This document shows positions 48,502-56,737 of a stretch of 64,000 nucleotides of DNA, one piece after another. The notes beneath the pieces were generated by a model. The model worked only from the letters and a program-made list of their open reading frames with translations, made no database searches and was not told the DNA's origin. The stretch is from Candidatus Aenigmatarchaeota archaeon (lineage in GTDB: Archaea > Aenigmatarchaeota > Aenigmatarchaeia > Aenigmatarchaeales > JACQIB01): positions 191,271 through 255,270 of the forward strand of contig JACQIB010000005.1 of the NCBI GenBank assembly GCA_016198755.1, in the 5' to 3' direction. Position 1 is the stretch's first letter; every line of letters begins with the position of its first letter. A program made the translations under genes and the position numbers.

Positions 48502-48867
48502 TTATATTTTCTTCTCTATGGCTTCCAGCCGCTTTTCTATTTTATCCAGCCTCTTTCCAATATCTTCCCAAGCTTCCAGAACAAGCTCGTGCGGCGGTTT
48601 GTGTAAGTGTTCCGGTGGAAGAGGCCTGCCGCTTTTCAAATGCTCAAGAATTTTCCTGTCTTTCAGGAAATAGTACTTTTTCCCTTCTCTTAATTCCGTC
48701 CCTACTACACCGAGCTCCACCATCATCTGTAAATGGAAATCCACGGTCTGTGGAGCCATTTTCATTTCCTCAGCAATCTGGCTCAGGTATTTTTCTTTTT
48801 CCTTTAAGAGAAGAAGTATCTTTTGCCTTACTTCTGAAGCTAAAACCTTGTGTATCATTTCTGGCAT
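48502..48867 (-). CDS. ArsR-family transcriptional regulator with C-terminal coiled coil
   Basis: LASEVRQKIL..L...LSQIA......TVDFHL..M...G; KPPHELV...RLDKIEKRL. Confidence 0.9.
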   Translation of the reverse strand: MPEMIHKVLASEVRQKILLLLKEKEKYLSQIAEEMKMAPQTVDFHLQMMVELGVVGTELREGKKYYFLKDRKILEHLKSGRPLPPEHLHKPPHELVLEAWEDIGKRLDKIEKRLEAIEKKI

Positions 48868-48981
48868 ACTATTATAGGTGGGTAATATAGTATATAAAGT
48901 TTCCAGTTTTCTATAAAAACAGAAAGCTTTAAATACTTGCAGGTATCATATAACTATATGAAACACGAAAGAGGTGATGTA

Positions 48982-49164
48982 ATGGGAAGTAAAATAGGGC
49001 ATCTCAGAACTGCAGGGACAGGCTTTGCTGCTTCCAGTGCTATAACAGCTGTTTTCGCAGCAGGGCTGCTGCAGGCAGGAATACCTTTGAACGTTGTCCT
49101 TCCAACTTCAGCCCCTGTTTGGATGGGCTTTGGAACCACGCTGTTCATGGTCCTTAAGGACTGA
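48982..49164 (+). CDS. 60-aa hydrophobic Ala/Gly-rich peptide
   Basis: GAGGTGA RBS; MGSKIGHLRTAGTGFAASSAITAVFAAGLL... Confidence 0.75.
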   Translation: MGSKIGHLRTAGTGFAASSAITAVFAAGLLQAGIPLNVVLPTSAPVWMGFGTTLFMVLKD

Positions 49165-49183
49165 AAAAAAGGAGGTGAGAAAA

Positions 49184-49288
49184 ATGCCATTCGAAAGAAA
49201 ACCGCATGAAGAGGTTTTGGAACTTGTGGAGAGAAAATTTGAGGAATTAAACCGCAGGCTGGACAGGATAGAAGAGAAGCTGAGATAG
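49184..49288 (+). CDS. 34-aa coiled-coil microprotein
   Basis: GGAGGTGA RBS; MPFERKPHEEVLELVERKFEELNRRLDRIEEKLR. Confidence 0.75.
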   Translation: MPFERKPHEEVLELVERKFEELNRRLDRIEEKLR

Positions 49289-49357
49289 GAAAGCTGGAAA
49301 TGATGCTGCAGCAGATCCTAAGGCCGGCCAATATATAGAACCTTGATTTGGAAGACT

Positions 49358-49930
49358 CTACAAATAACTAATTAATAGTTGATAAATCCTTTTGATTTCC
49401 GGATCGGTTATTATCCTTTCTGTTCTACCGGTAAAGAATGGTTGCAGAGCAGCTTTCTTTTCTGGCTGCTCTTTCCCATATTCATAAGCCTGCATAAGCA
49501 TTTCTAGAGTTTCTACTTGCTTCAGAAACTTTGCCTCCTCGCTTTCCAGTTTCTCATACTCTTCAAAAAGCCCCAATAACTCCTCTCCTTCTTTATTCCC
49601 AATAATGCTGCATATTTTTTCCATTGCTTCTATTCCACGCTTATTGTATGTTTCTTTATCTGCTTCCTTTACCATTGCTATTATATCGCCTGTTATAGCT
49701 TCCTCTAAATCATGTACAACCGCCATTTTAACCAGCTTATTATTGTCCAGGTAAGGCTTTGCTAGAACCAGAGATAGAACCGCAGTCCTCCATGAGTGCT
49801 CTGCAACACTCTCAGGATTGTTTATTTTCTCTTTTACCCACCCCGTTCTTGGAGTTCTCTTTAGCTTTCCTATAGTTTCTATAAATTCTATTAAAGCTTT
49901 ATCTTCCATAGAAAACAAATTAACATCCAA
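49358..49930 (-). CDS. HD-domain 5'-deoxynucleotidase-like (YfbR/HDDC2)
   Basis: RTGW, ESVAEHSW, HDLEEAITGD. Confidence 0.9.
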   Translation of the reverse strand: MDVNLFSMEDKALIEFIETIGKLKRTPRTGWVKEKINNPESVAEHSWRTAVLSLVLAKPYLDNNKLVKMAVVHDLEEAITGDIIAMVKEADKETYNKRGIEAMEKICSIIGNKEGEELLGLFEEYEKLESEEAKFLKQVETLEMLMQAYEYGKEQPEKKAALQPFFTGRTERIITDPEIKRIYQLLISYL

Positions 49931-49942
49931 TCTTAAATATAG

Positions 49943-50752
49943 TTACTGAGAGCCTGTAAATTCCAGCACAGGCTCCAAAATACGCTCTTTCATTAAGGAA
50001 GATAAGATTTCCGGATCGTGGTGTTCCCATCTCCCTCTTGGTTCAGATACAAGGACAATATCACTCACATATCGCATTGCACCAATAGGTTTCCTATGAA
50101 ATTCTGCACATGCAAAAAGTGCTGCAGTTTCCATATCAAACGCCAGAGCACCCTTTCCAATGGCATCCCTGATTAATGCAGACGTTTCCCTGTAAATTGC
50201 ATCTGTTGTAGCTATTCTTCCTGCTCTGAAAGGCACGCGTCTATGTTTAAGAATTCTTTTTAATTCATTTGTTACATCCCTATCGGCTTTCGGAACCTGC
50301 TCGGGGGGCAAATAATGCCTTGTTGTTCCATCATAACTTATTGAATCTTCTACTAAAATCACATCACCAACATTCATAGTTGGCCTGTCTTCAGCAATAT
50401 GTCCAGTAATACCAAAAGACAAAAAACGTTGGAATCCCATGGATATTAGTTCCTCCAGAAGTGTGGCTGCCATGGGAGCTCCGTATTGGGGGCTTACCAT
50501 CCCAAACCTATTCCCATTAGGCAAACGAAAGAAGTATAGATCTGTTCGTTTCCTAATGCCTATATTTACAGGTGTATTAGAAAACCTACTCTTGGTAGCA
50601 TCCAACAGGTCATCCGAATAAGAGATTAAGCATGTGGATGGAATATCTGGAATATCAACGCCTTCTCTTTGCCTAATATCTCTAATATATCTAACAGTAT
50701 CATCCGGAGTTGTTATTCCTTTCTGAGTTAGATGCCCTATAGGAAGATTCAT
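49943..50752 (-). CDS. Nucleoside phosphorylase
   Basis: GAP.AA..LEEL, TTDAIYRET, DMETAA. Confidence 0.9.
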   Translation of the reverse strand: MNLPIGHLTQKGITTPDDTVRYIRDIRQREGVDIPDIPSTCLISYSDDLLDATKSRFSNTPVNIGIRKRTDLYFFRLPNGNRFGMVSPQYGAPMAATLLEELISMGFQRFLSFGITGHIAEDRPTMNVGDVILVEDSISYDGTTRHYLPPEQVPKADRDVTNELKRILKHRRVPFRAGRIATTDAIYRETSALIRDAIGKGALAFDMETAALFACAEFHRKPIGAMRYVSDIVLVSEPRGRWEHHDPEILSSLMKERILEPVLEFTGSQ

Positions 50753-50790
50753 AATCCAGTTGTGGTAGAAAAGCTTAAAAATAGCAAAAA

Positions 50791-51186
50791 TTACACGCGT
50801 CTTCCTCTGCGCCCGCCTTTCTTCCTGCAGGAATCAGTTGGAAGAGGAGTTGTATCTTCAATCTTTCCAATCCTTAAGCCTGAACGGGCTAAAGCGCGGA
50901 TAGCAGGCTGCGCTCCGGCTCCGGGGCTTTTGTTTTTATTACCTCCCTGAGCGCGGATGTTTATATGAACTCCGCTCAACCCCTTTGTTAATGCAGATTC
51001 TGCTGCTTTCTGTGCAGCTAACATTGCTGGAAAGGGAGAACCACCCTCCCTTGCTTTATCTGTCATCATTCCAGCTGAAAAGCGGGAAATTGTTTCTGCA
51101 CCAGAAAGATCAGTAATATGGACTATAGTATTGTTTGGAGAACTGAAAATATTGGCAACCCCCCAGCGTATTGTCTTATGCTCCAT
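50791..51186 (-). CDS. rps11: 30S ribosomal protein S11
   Basis: [29 protein letters not shown]. Confidence 0.97.
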   Translation of the reverse strand: MEHKTIRWGVANIFSSPNNTIVHITDLSGAETISRFSAGMMTDKAREGGSPFPAMLAAQKAAESALTKGLSGVHINIRAQGGNKNKSPGAGAQPAIRALARSGLRIGKIEDTTPLPTDSCRKKGGRRGRRV

Positions 51187-51706
51187 TTGCCCCACCCTTT
51201 GCAGCAATTTCTGCCTTTACTGGCTCTTTCTCCTTAGCTGCTGTCTTTAGCTCTTTTTTGTAAAAACTTATATTTGTCTCATCTGCTGTAGGTACAATAT
51301 AGGAAGGCCACTTTAACTTTGAACCTGAAACAGAAACATGCCCATGAACAATAAACTGCCTTGCCTGTTTAGGAGTGTTTGCAAGTCCTTTCTTGAAAAC
51401 CAGTGTCTGGAGCCTTCTGTCTAGAATATTTTTCAGTGTTAAAGCTAAAACATCATCAATTTTTGCTCCTGAACCTACAAGCCCAAGCCTGACAGCCCTT
51501 TCTATAAGAACTTTTTCCTGAGATTTATCCTTTTTAGCCACAGACTCTCTTCCTCTCCTTCTCAATTCCCTTAGAATTTCCTGAGCCCTCCATATTTCCT
51601 TTTTCCTTCTCAACCCATACTCATTAATAACTTCCCTCTCTACCTCTATCCTTCCCCTGTCCCATGGCCTCAATGGACTTGAAAATTTCTTTTTTTGCCT
51701 TTTCAT
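51176..51706 (-). CDS. rps4: 30S ribosomal protein S4
   Basis: [24 protein letters not shown]. Confidence 0.97.
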   Translation of the reverse strand: MKRQKKKFSSPLRPWDRGRIEVEREVINEYGLRRKKEIWRAQEILRELRRRGRESVAKKDKSQEKVLIERAVRLGLVGSGAKIDDVLALTLKNILDRRLQTLVFKKGLANTPKQARQFIVHGHVSVSGSKLKWPSYIVPTADETNISFYKKELKTAAKEKEPVKAEIAAKGGANGA

Positions 51707-51711
51707 TTAAA

Positions 51712-52383
51712 TCACTTTTTCTTTTCCTCAACTTTTGCAGGTGCTGCTTTTGCTGGTGCTGCCCCTTTTGCTGGCGCTGCTCCAGGAGCTGCGGCTGCTG
51801 GTGCTGCTCCCGGCTTTCCTCCCGTAGCCGGCGGTGCTCCTTTTGCTGCCTGTTTTATAGCACCTTTCATAACACCTGCAGTTACTCCAGTCCTAAAGTT
51901 TCCTCTTGTCCTTTGTCCCCTCACAGGCTGACCAATCTCATGTCTAACTCCCTTATAGCTCCTCATTTTTTTCATAAGGTCTATATCAGATTTTTTTGTA
52001 AATGCTAATTCTGAGCTTAGAAGGTTCTTTTTCTCCCCTGTAAAAGGGTCTGAAACCCTGTTAAGGAAATAAGCTGGTATTCCAAACTTTCCGGGTTCCA
52101 AAGATATGCCTTCAAGCTTTTCTATTTCCTGTTCTGTAAGGGAACCTAAAAGCTTTTTTCCATCCATGCCAGAAACCTTTACAATTGCACATGCCAGAGT
52201 ATACCCTATACCCTTTACTTTTGCAAGTGACTCTACAAGCCTTCTGTTTCCATCCAAATCTGTTTCAGCAAACCTGACTATTCCCCTTACTCCCTCTATC
52301 ATTTTCTTTTTTACAGGCTGCGGTGCCTTTTTCTGGTCTTTTCCTTCCTTTTGTTTTTCCTTCTGTTCATGCTTTTCTGCCAT
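51712..52383 (-). CDS. rps13: 30S ribosomal protein S13 with Ala/Pro/Lys-rich tail
   Basis: KGIG, YKGVRH..GQPVRGQRT. Confidence 0.97.
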   Translation of the reverse strand: MAEKHEQKEKQKEGKDQKKAPQPVKKKMIEGVRGIVRFAETDLDGNRRLVESLAKVKGIGYTLACAIVKVSGMDGKKLLGSLTEQEIEKLEGISLEPGKFGIPAYFLNRVSDPFTGEKKNLLSSELAFTKKSDIDLMKKMRSYKGVRHEIGQPVRGQRTRGNFRTGVTAGVMKGAIKQAAKGAPPATGGKPGAAPAAAAPGAAPAKGAAPAKAAPAKVEEKKK

Positions 52384-52444
52384 TAGCTCACGTCCTGCTA
52401 ATATCTCTCAAAGGTTTATAAATACCTGCTCTTAGGCAGGAAAA

Positions 52445-52600
52445 CTAACTCTTGCTTTCACTAACTATATAGGAAAGTGATGTTAAGCCCACCCCAAGCT
52501 TTTGATGGGAAAATATGGTTTCCTTTGAAATTATAAGCCGTAATCAACCCAGACCCCAGAAAATCATTGCCAACAGGGCTGCAATCAAGCCTATTTCCAT
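52445..52600 (-). pseudogene. Remnant of an EamA-type transporter
   Basis: MEIGLIAALLAMIFWGLG* then HQKLGVGL; resembles both ends of an EamA protein with the middle deleted. Confidence 0.45.
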
Positions 52601-52732
52601 ATTGTTAAAATGTAGCTATACTATAAATTGGCCTTATTTTCATGCCGTGTCACTACAATTGTTGTATTTTCAGATTATTGTGTAAATGTAGTGGTAATAG
52701 TGGTACCGGCGGCATGCAAAAATAATATAAAA

Positions 52733-53413
52733 TTAATATACACATCTCTCTTCCATTGGTATGGTTTCATTCATTTTATATATACTTCTAGCATCAAATC
52801 TTTCAATATCGCCATTTTCCTTGACAAGATATCTTATTTCTTCAGAGTGTGGATAGCAATAGCCACCATCTTCAAACATGTTCACAAGATAACCATCGCT
52901 AGTTTTTTCGGCATGAGTAAGAGTAACGTTTGAAGCTACAAGCACCTCGCCCTTGAAAAAATCCTCTTCCTTATATATTGGGCGGGAATAGTTTGCTTTT
53001 GCCACAGCAAATGCTATTGATTCTTCTTCATTATCAACTGGCGAAAAAAATCTTTTGAAATCTTCCCAAGTTCTTATTTCAGTTCCGTTGTCTAATATGT
53101 ACCATCCTATAATTATAGGTCCTGGATGATATTGAACCCATGTTATGTAAGATAAATTTTTTTGTCTAGTTTCGCTTTCATACCAACTTTCACTCACCTT
53201 TAAAAGACCTAGCTTGGGTTTTATAAATTTTGATTCTGAAAAATTTTCTTTGCATGCAGTATTAGTATTGTTTTCACCGCAATAGTTTATAGATTTTGTG
53301 CCAGTAGTGTTGTTAGGAGTTGTTGTGATATTGCCTCCAATTTTGTCTTGTTGAGTAATGCACGCACTTGCAAAGATTAACAAAATTAGAGGAACATAAA
53401 AATACCTTTTCAT
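52733..53413 (-). CDS. Putative lipoprotein
   Basis: ASAC lipobox-like. Confidence 0.7.
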   Translation of the reverse strand: MKRYFYVPLILLIFASACITQQDKIGGNITTTPNNTTGTKSINYCGENNTNTACKENFSESKFIKPKLGLLKVSESWYESETRQKNLSYITWVQYHPGPIIIGWYILDNGTEIRTWEDFKRFFSPVDNEEESIAFAVAKANYSRPIYKEEDFFKGEVLVASNVTLTHAEKTSDGYLVNMFEDGGYCYPHSEEIRYLVKENGDIERFDARSIYKMNETIPMEERCVY

Positions 53414-53436
53414 ATTTTTTCACTCGCTTTAATTTG

Positions 53437-54381
53437 TTACGCTACTGTAACTTGACCTGTGTTATCTTCATTATTATTTTCGTTGCTTTCACTTATAGAG
53501 TTATAAAGATCTGCAACAAGTCTTATGTTGTATGTTCCGGCGGCAATTCCCGTATTTGAGCAATTGCTTTGGACACTTGAACCAAAGAATTGCAAAACCT
53601 TACTACAACCTGAAAATTGTGTAATAAAAGCATCCACTCTAACAGCGCCACTATACGCATTACCGCTATTTGTGACAGTAAATACTATAGTAACTTTTTT
53701 TCCGCTTTCTGTATTTTCTACAACATTGTTGTTGTAAGATATTGTAAAATCCGGACGATTGGCGGTTGTTGTAGTTGTTGAAGATGATGTCGTGGAACTC
53801 GCCGTAGTTGTTGGGGTGGATGTCGTGGTCGGCACTGCAGTAGTCGTTGTTGTAGCCACCGTAGTAGTAGTGGTTACTACAACATTAGTTGTTGTCGTTG
53901 CAGAAACGGTCGTAGTTGTTGGTTTTATTGTTGTAGTTGTTGGAACTGCAATATTTGTAGAAGTAGTTGGCTGCTCAAGAGCATTCGTTGTTGTGGTGCT
54001 CGGCGTACTTATTATCGGTGAATCTGCGTTGACATGTGTTTTTACGCCGTTTTTTTCTAAAACAACGCAGACAGTTTTCTGAGTTTTCTCATCTGTCCAG
54101 ACGGTTAGAAATGTTCCAGAACCGTCATCAACAACAGTTTTGTAATAACTTGAAATGGGAAAAACCTGATTATTGCAATCTTTTCTTATGCTGGCTATGC
54201 TTGTGAAAACTGTTTGGTTGTCCAGAAGGTTTGTAGTTATCCTTGCATTTGTATATTGCGATAAAAAGGATTGGACTGCTGGCAGGCCTTTTACTGCAGA
54301 ATCTATTCCAGAGGACTGGCCTGTGCACCCTGCAATAAAAACTACAGAAATCAAAAGCACGCCGAGAGAAGCTATTTTCAT
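53437..54381 (-). CDS. Lipoprotein with Thr-rich stalk and CARDB domain
   Basis: IAGC; RPDF...ADLYNSISESNENNN. Confidence 0.85.
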   Translation of the reverse strand: MKIASLGVLLISVVFIAGCTGQSSGIDSAVKGLPAVQSFLSQYTNARITTNLLDNQTVFTSIASIRKDCNNQVFPISSYYKTVVDDGSGTFLTVWTDEKTQKTVCVVLEKNGVKTHVNADSPIISTPSTTTTNALEQPTTSTNIAVPTTTTIKPTTTTVSATTTTNVVVTTTTTVATTTTTAVPTTTSTPTTTASSTTSSSTTTTTANRPDFTISYNNNVVENTESGKKVTIVFTVTNSGNAYSGAVRVDAFITQFSGCSKVLQFFGSSVQSNCSNTGIAAGTYNIRLVADLYNSISESNENNNEDNTGQVTVA

Positions 54382-54455
54382 ACAAATAATTTGTGTTATT
54401 AGTTTAAAAGCTTTAAAAATCAAACTCAATTCTTCGACCGTAAAACATTTTTGGA

Positions 54456-54485
54456 GCCGTCGGCAGGATTTTCAGCCCTTTTGGG
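54456..54485 (-). repeat. 30-bp duplication of tRNA-Ser 3' end (att-like)
   Basis: GCCGTCGGCAGGATTTTCAGCCCTTTTGGG identical to 55520-55549. Confidence 0.92.
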
Positions 54486-54509
54486 TGACTACAAAAATGT
54501 TGTATGTAG

Positions 54510-55454
54510 TCACCTATTTTGTGTTTTTCTTGTAAAATTTTTATATTCCATCAAAATAAATTCTATCATTGGCCGGATGTTTCCACTTTCCTGATATTCT
54601 CGTATTGCCTTGTAATATCCACTCCTATTCTTGAATTGTATATTTACAGGTGGAAGATTATGTTTTAATAATATGTTATTCAACAGAAGCCGTCCGACCC
54701 TGCCGTTTCCATCACGAAACGGATGTATGGTTTCAAATTGATTATGAACTACTGCTGCAAGCAACAGTGGTGAATATTTCCTCCTGTTTTTACCATACCA
54801 TTTTATAAGTTCTTTTAGCATTTTTTCAACCAAAATAGAAGGGACTCCACTATGAATTATATTTCCCAATCCATCCACAACCACAACTTCTTCTCCTTTC
54901 TTTCTCAATTGTCCGGCATATGGTTTTGAATTTTGAAAAACTAATCTATGGAACTCCATAATTAAACTCAAAGAAATATGTTCTCTTGTTTTCTTCAAAA
55001 ATTCAACTGCCTCAGAAAGACCATACGTTTCTGATATTTCCCATTTTTCTCTTTCTTTTGGCCATTGCCTTTTTTCAAGAATCTGCTCAACTTCAGTCAT
55101 GGTGACTGTAGAGCCTTCAATAGCATTGGTATCATAAGTAAATTCTTGTTTGAATTTTTTCCATTCCAATTCACTTAAATGAGTTATTTTTATTCTGCCC
55201 TTTGCTTCTAGCGTTTTTATTTGATTTAATTCTTCAGTAGATAATATTGTACGTAATGGGTCACGGATAACTCTATATATTTTTATTCTCTCTTTGATTT
55301 TATTTTCTGCTTCCTTCAGTTTTTCTTTGATTTTATTTTTTGGCAAATTTTGCCCCAGATAAATTCGTATCTTTCTTATTTTATTTTTATCTCTAAAAGA
55401 ATGTGCTAAATAATATTTAGTGTTACTTTTGTGTGTTCTGACTTCTAAATGCAT
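54510..55454 (-). CDS. Fic-domain protein
   Basis: HPFRDGNGRVGR; TNAIEGS inhibitory-type helix. Confidence 0.95.
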   Translation of the reverse strand: MHLEVRTHKSNTKYYLAHSFRDKNKIRKIRIYLGQNLPKNKIKEKLKEAENKIKERIKIYRVIRDPLRTILSTEELNQIKTLEAKGRIKITHLSELEWKKFKQEFTYDTNAIEGSTVTMTEVEQILEKRQWPKEREKWEISETYGLSEAVEFLKKTREHISLSLIMEFHRLVFQNSKPYAGQLRKKGEEVVVVDGLGNIIHSGVPSILVEKMLKELIKWYGKNRRKYSPLLLAAVVHNQFETIHPFRDGNGRVGRLLLNNILLKHNLPPVNIQFKNRSGYYKAIREYQESGNIRPMIEFILMEYKNFTRKTQNR

Positions 55455-55515
55455 AGAAGCATTAGGTGACTACAATATATAAAGATTTGTATATAGGTGA
55501 CTACAAAAATAAAGG

Positions 55516-55754
55516 TGGCGCCGTCGGCAGGATTTTCAGCCCTTTTGGGGTTTGCAAAGACCTTTTCGTAAAAGGGATTTGCTTTGAACCTGCGCATCCT
55601 TGCGGATACCAGATCTCTTTATTAAGGTACTCCTCATTTCCGCCGCACCGCGCGCTAACGCGGGTTTGATCGGAGTCAAGCCTTTACAATCATCTGCTGG
55701 ATCCTAAGATCCGGTGCTCAAGTCTGGCGCATTACCGAGCTGTGCTACGACGGC
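55516..55754 (-). tRNA. tRNA-Ser(TGA) with two introns (55615-55716, 102 nt at 37/38; 55533-55582, 50 nt at 59/60)
   Basis: GCCGTCG/CGACGGC acceptor, G73, CCA, long variable arm; mature 87 nt. Confidence 0.88.
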
Positions 55755-55798
55755 ACTAGAAGTTTCACTGCAGCTTATTTAAGTTTACGCTAAACGAG

Positions 55799-56155
55799 CT
55801 ATTTTTTCCTATATCCAAAAAGCTTGTCATATCTCTTATGGTCAAATATCCTTAGTATAAAACAGAGTATCTCTATTTCCTACACCCTTAAAGTATAAAG
55901 CATTCTCCAATAGCCTGTCAAATCCACAACCCAAAGATTGTCTACAGGAAGCTCTTTGGGTATTAATTTTTTGGAAACGGGTGCCCCGTATTGCGGGTCG
56001 ATTTTTATTAGTTCCATCCTTTGCTTTATAGATTTTAACAGCTGCTGGTTTTCAGAATTTCCGATTCCCTTTGATCTTTCCTCAACTACTATCTTGTTTA
56101 GATGTTTCCATTCTTCAGCGGCTTCATCAATAAAAGTTATTCTTACAGGCTTCAC
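55799..56155 (-). pseudogene. RelE-like toxin with in-frame TAG at 55880-55882
   Basis: NLWVVDLTGYWRMLYTLRV*EIEILCFILRIFDHKRYDKLFGY continues in frame. Confidence 0.7.
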
Positions 56156-56157
56156 GT

Positions 56158-56460
56158 TTATATCGCCTTTGATTTCTTTATCATTTCCAGAAATTTTGGA
56201 TTGTCATTTACTATCCAGCTTATCCCTTTTGTTCCTATTATGATAAATCCTTTATTTTCCAGATAGGCAAGTATTATTCTGAGGGACTGATCCATTATTT
56301 TTTTGGGGAGTGCTCTTTTTAGAGCCTCTATAGAAACAGGACCATCTTGTTTCTTTAATGTATCCTCTACAATCAAAACAGTTTTCAGGGTGGGAAAGTG
56401 CATGACGCTATTTAAGCTGAGATGTATTCTGGGTTCTTGTTTGTGTATTAATTGTTGCAT
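56158..56460 (-). CDS. Winged-helix protein, probable antitoxin/regulator
   Basis: PTLKTVL.VE..L...LK..LPK......IILAYLE..G; directly upstream of RelE-like gene. Confidence 0.7.
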   Translation of the reverse strand: MQQLIHKQEPRIHLSLNSVMHFPTLKTVLIVEDTLKKQDGPVSIEALKRALPKKIMDQSLRIILAYLENKGFIIIGTKGISWIVNDNPKFLEMIKKSKAI

Positions 56461-56535
56461 ATAAATCTATATACATATATGTTTATATCATATTTAAATC
56501 TATTGTATTAGAGATGTAAAATGAAAATAAGAGGT

Positions 56536-56706
56536 CTAAAACCGCTCAGCATCCTTCAAAAGCATGTTTGGTATAGAACCCTCGATAACAGAAAAGCGCA
56601 GCCTGCATTTCCCGCAAGTTAATTTCTCCTCTTTCTGTCCGTAGACAAGATCTCCCTTACACTTGGGACAGGCTAAAACATCCAGCAATTCTTTGCTTAA
56701 GACCAT
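56536..56706 (-). CDS. trm112: Trm112 family protein
   Basis: LLDVLACPKCKGDL...C..C...F.V....IPNML. Confidence 0.9.
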   Translation of the reverse strand: MVLSKELLDVLACPKCKGDLVYGQKEEKLTCGKCRLRFSVIEGSIPNMLLKDAERF

Positions 56707-56737
56707 TATAGGGATTTGAAACAGAAAGAATAAAAAC

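Larger units (their letters stand above)
54456..55549. mobile_element. Mini genomic island integrated at tRNA-Ser, carrying only fic
   Basis: Flanking 30-bp direct repeats; AT-rich cargo; four GGTGACTACA motifs. Confidence 0.75.

Noticed and set aside
55516-55754. Selenocysteine or suppressor tRNA
   Set aside because: Anticodon TGA reads UCA (Ser); normal 7-bp acceptor stem and G73
55880-55882. Genome-wide TAG reassignment
   Set aside because: Conserved genes such as rps3ae and rpl15 end at TAG at the expected position
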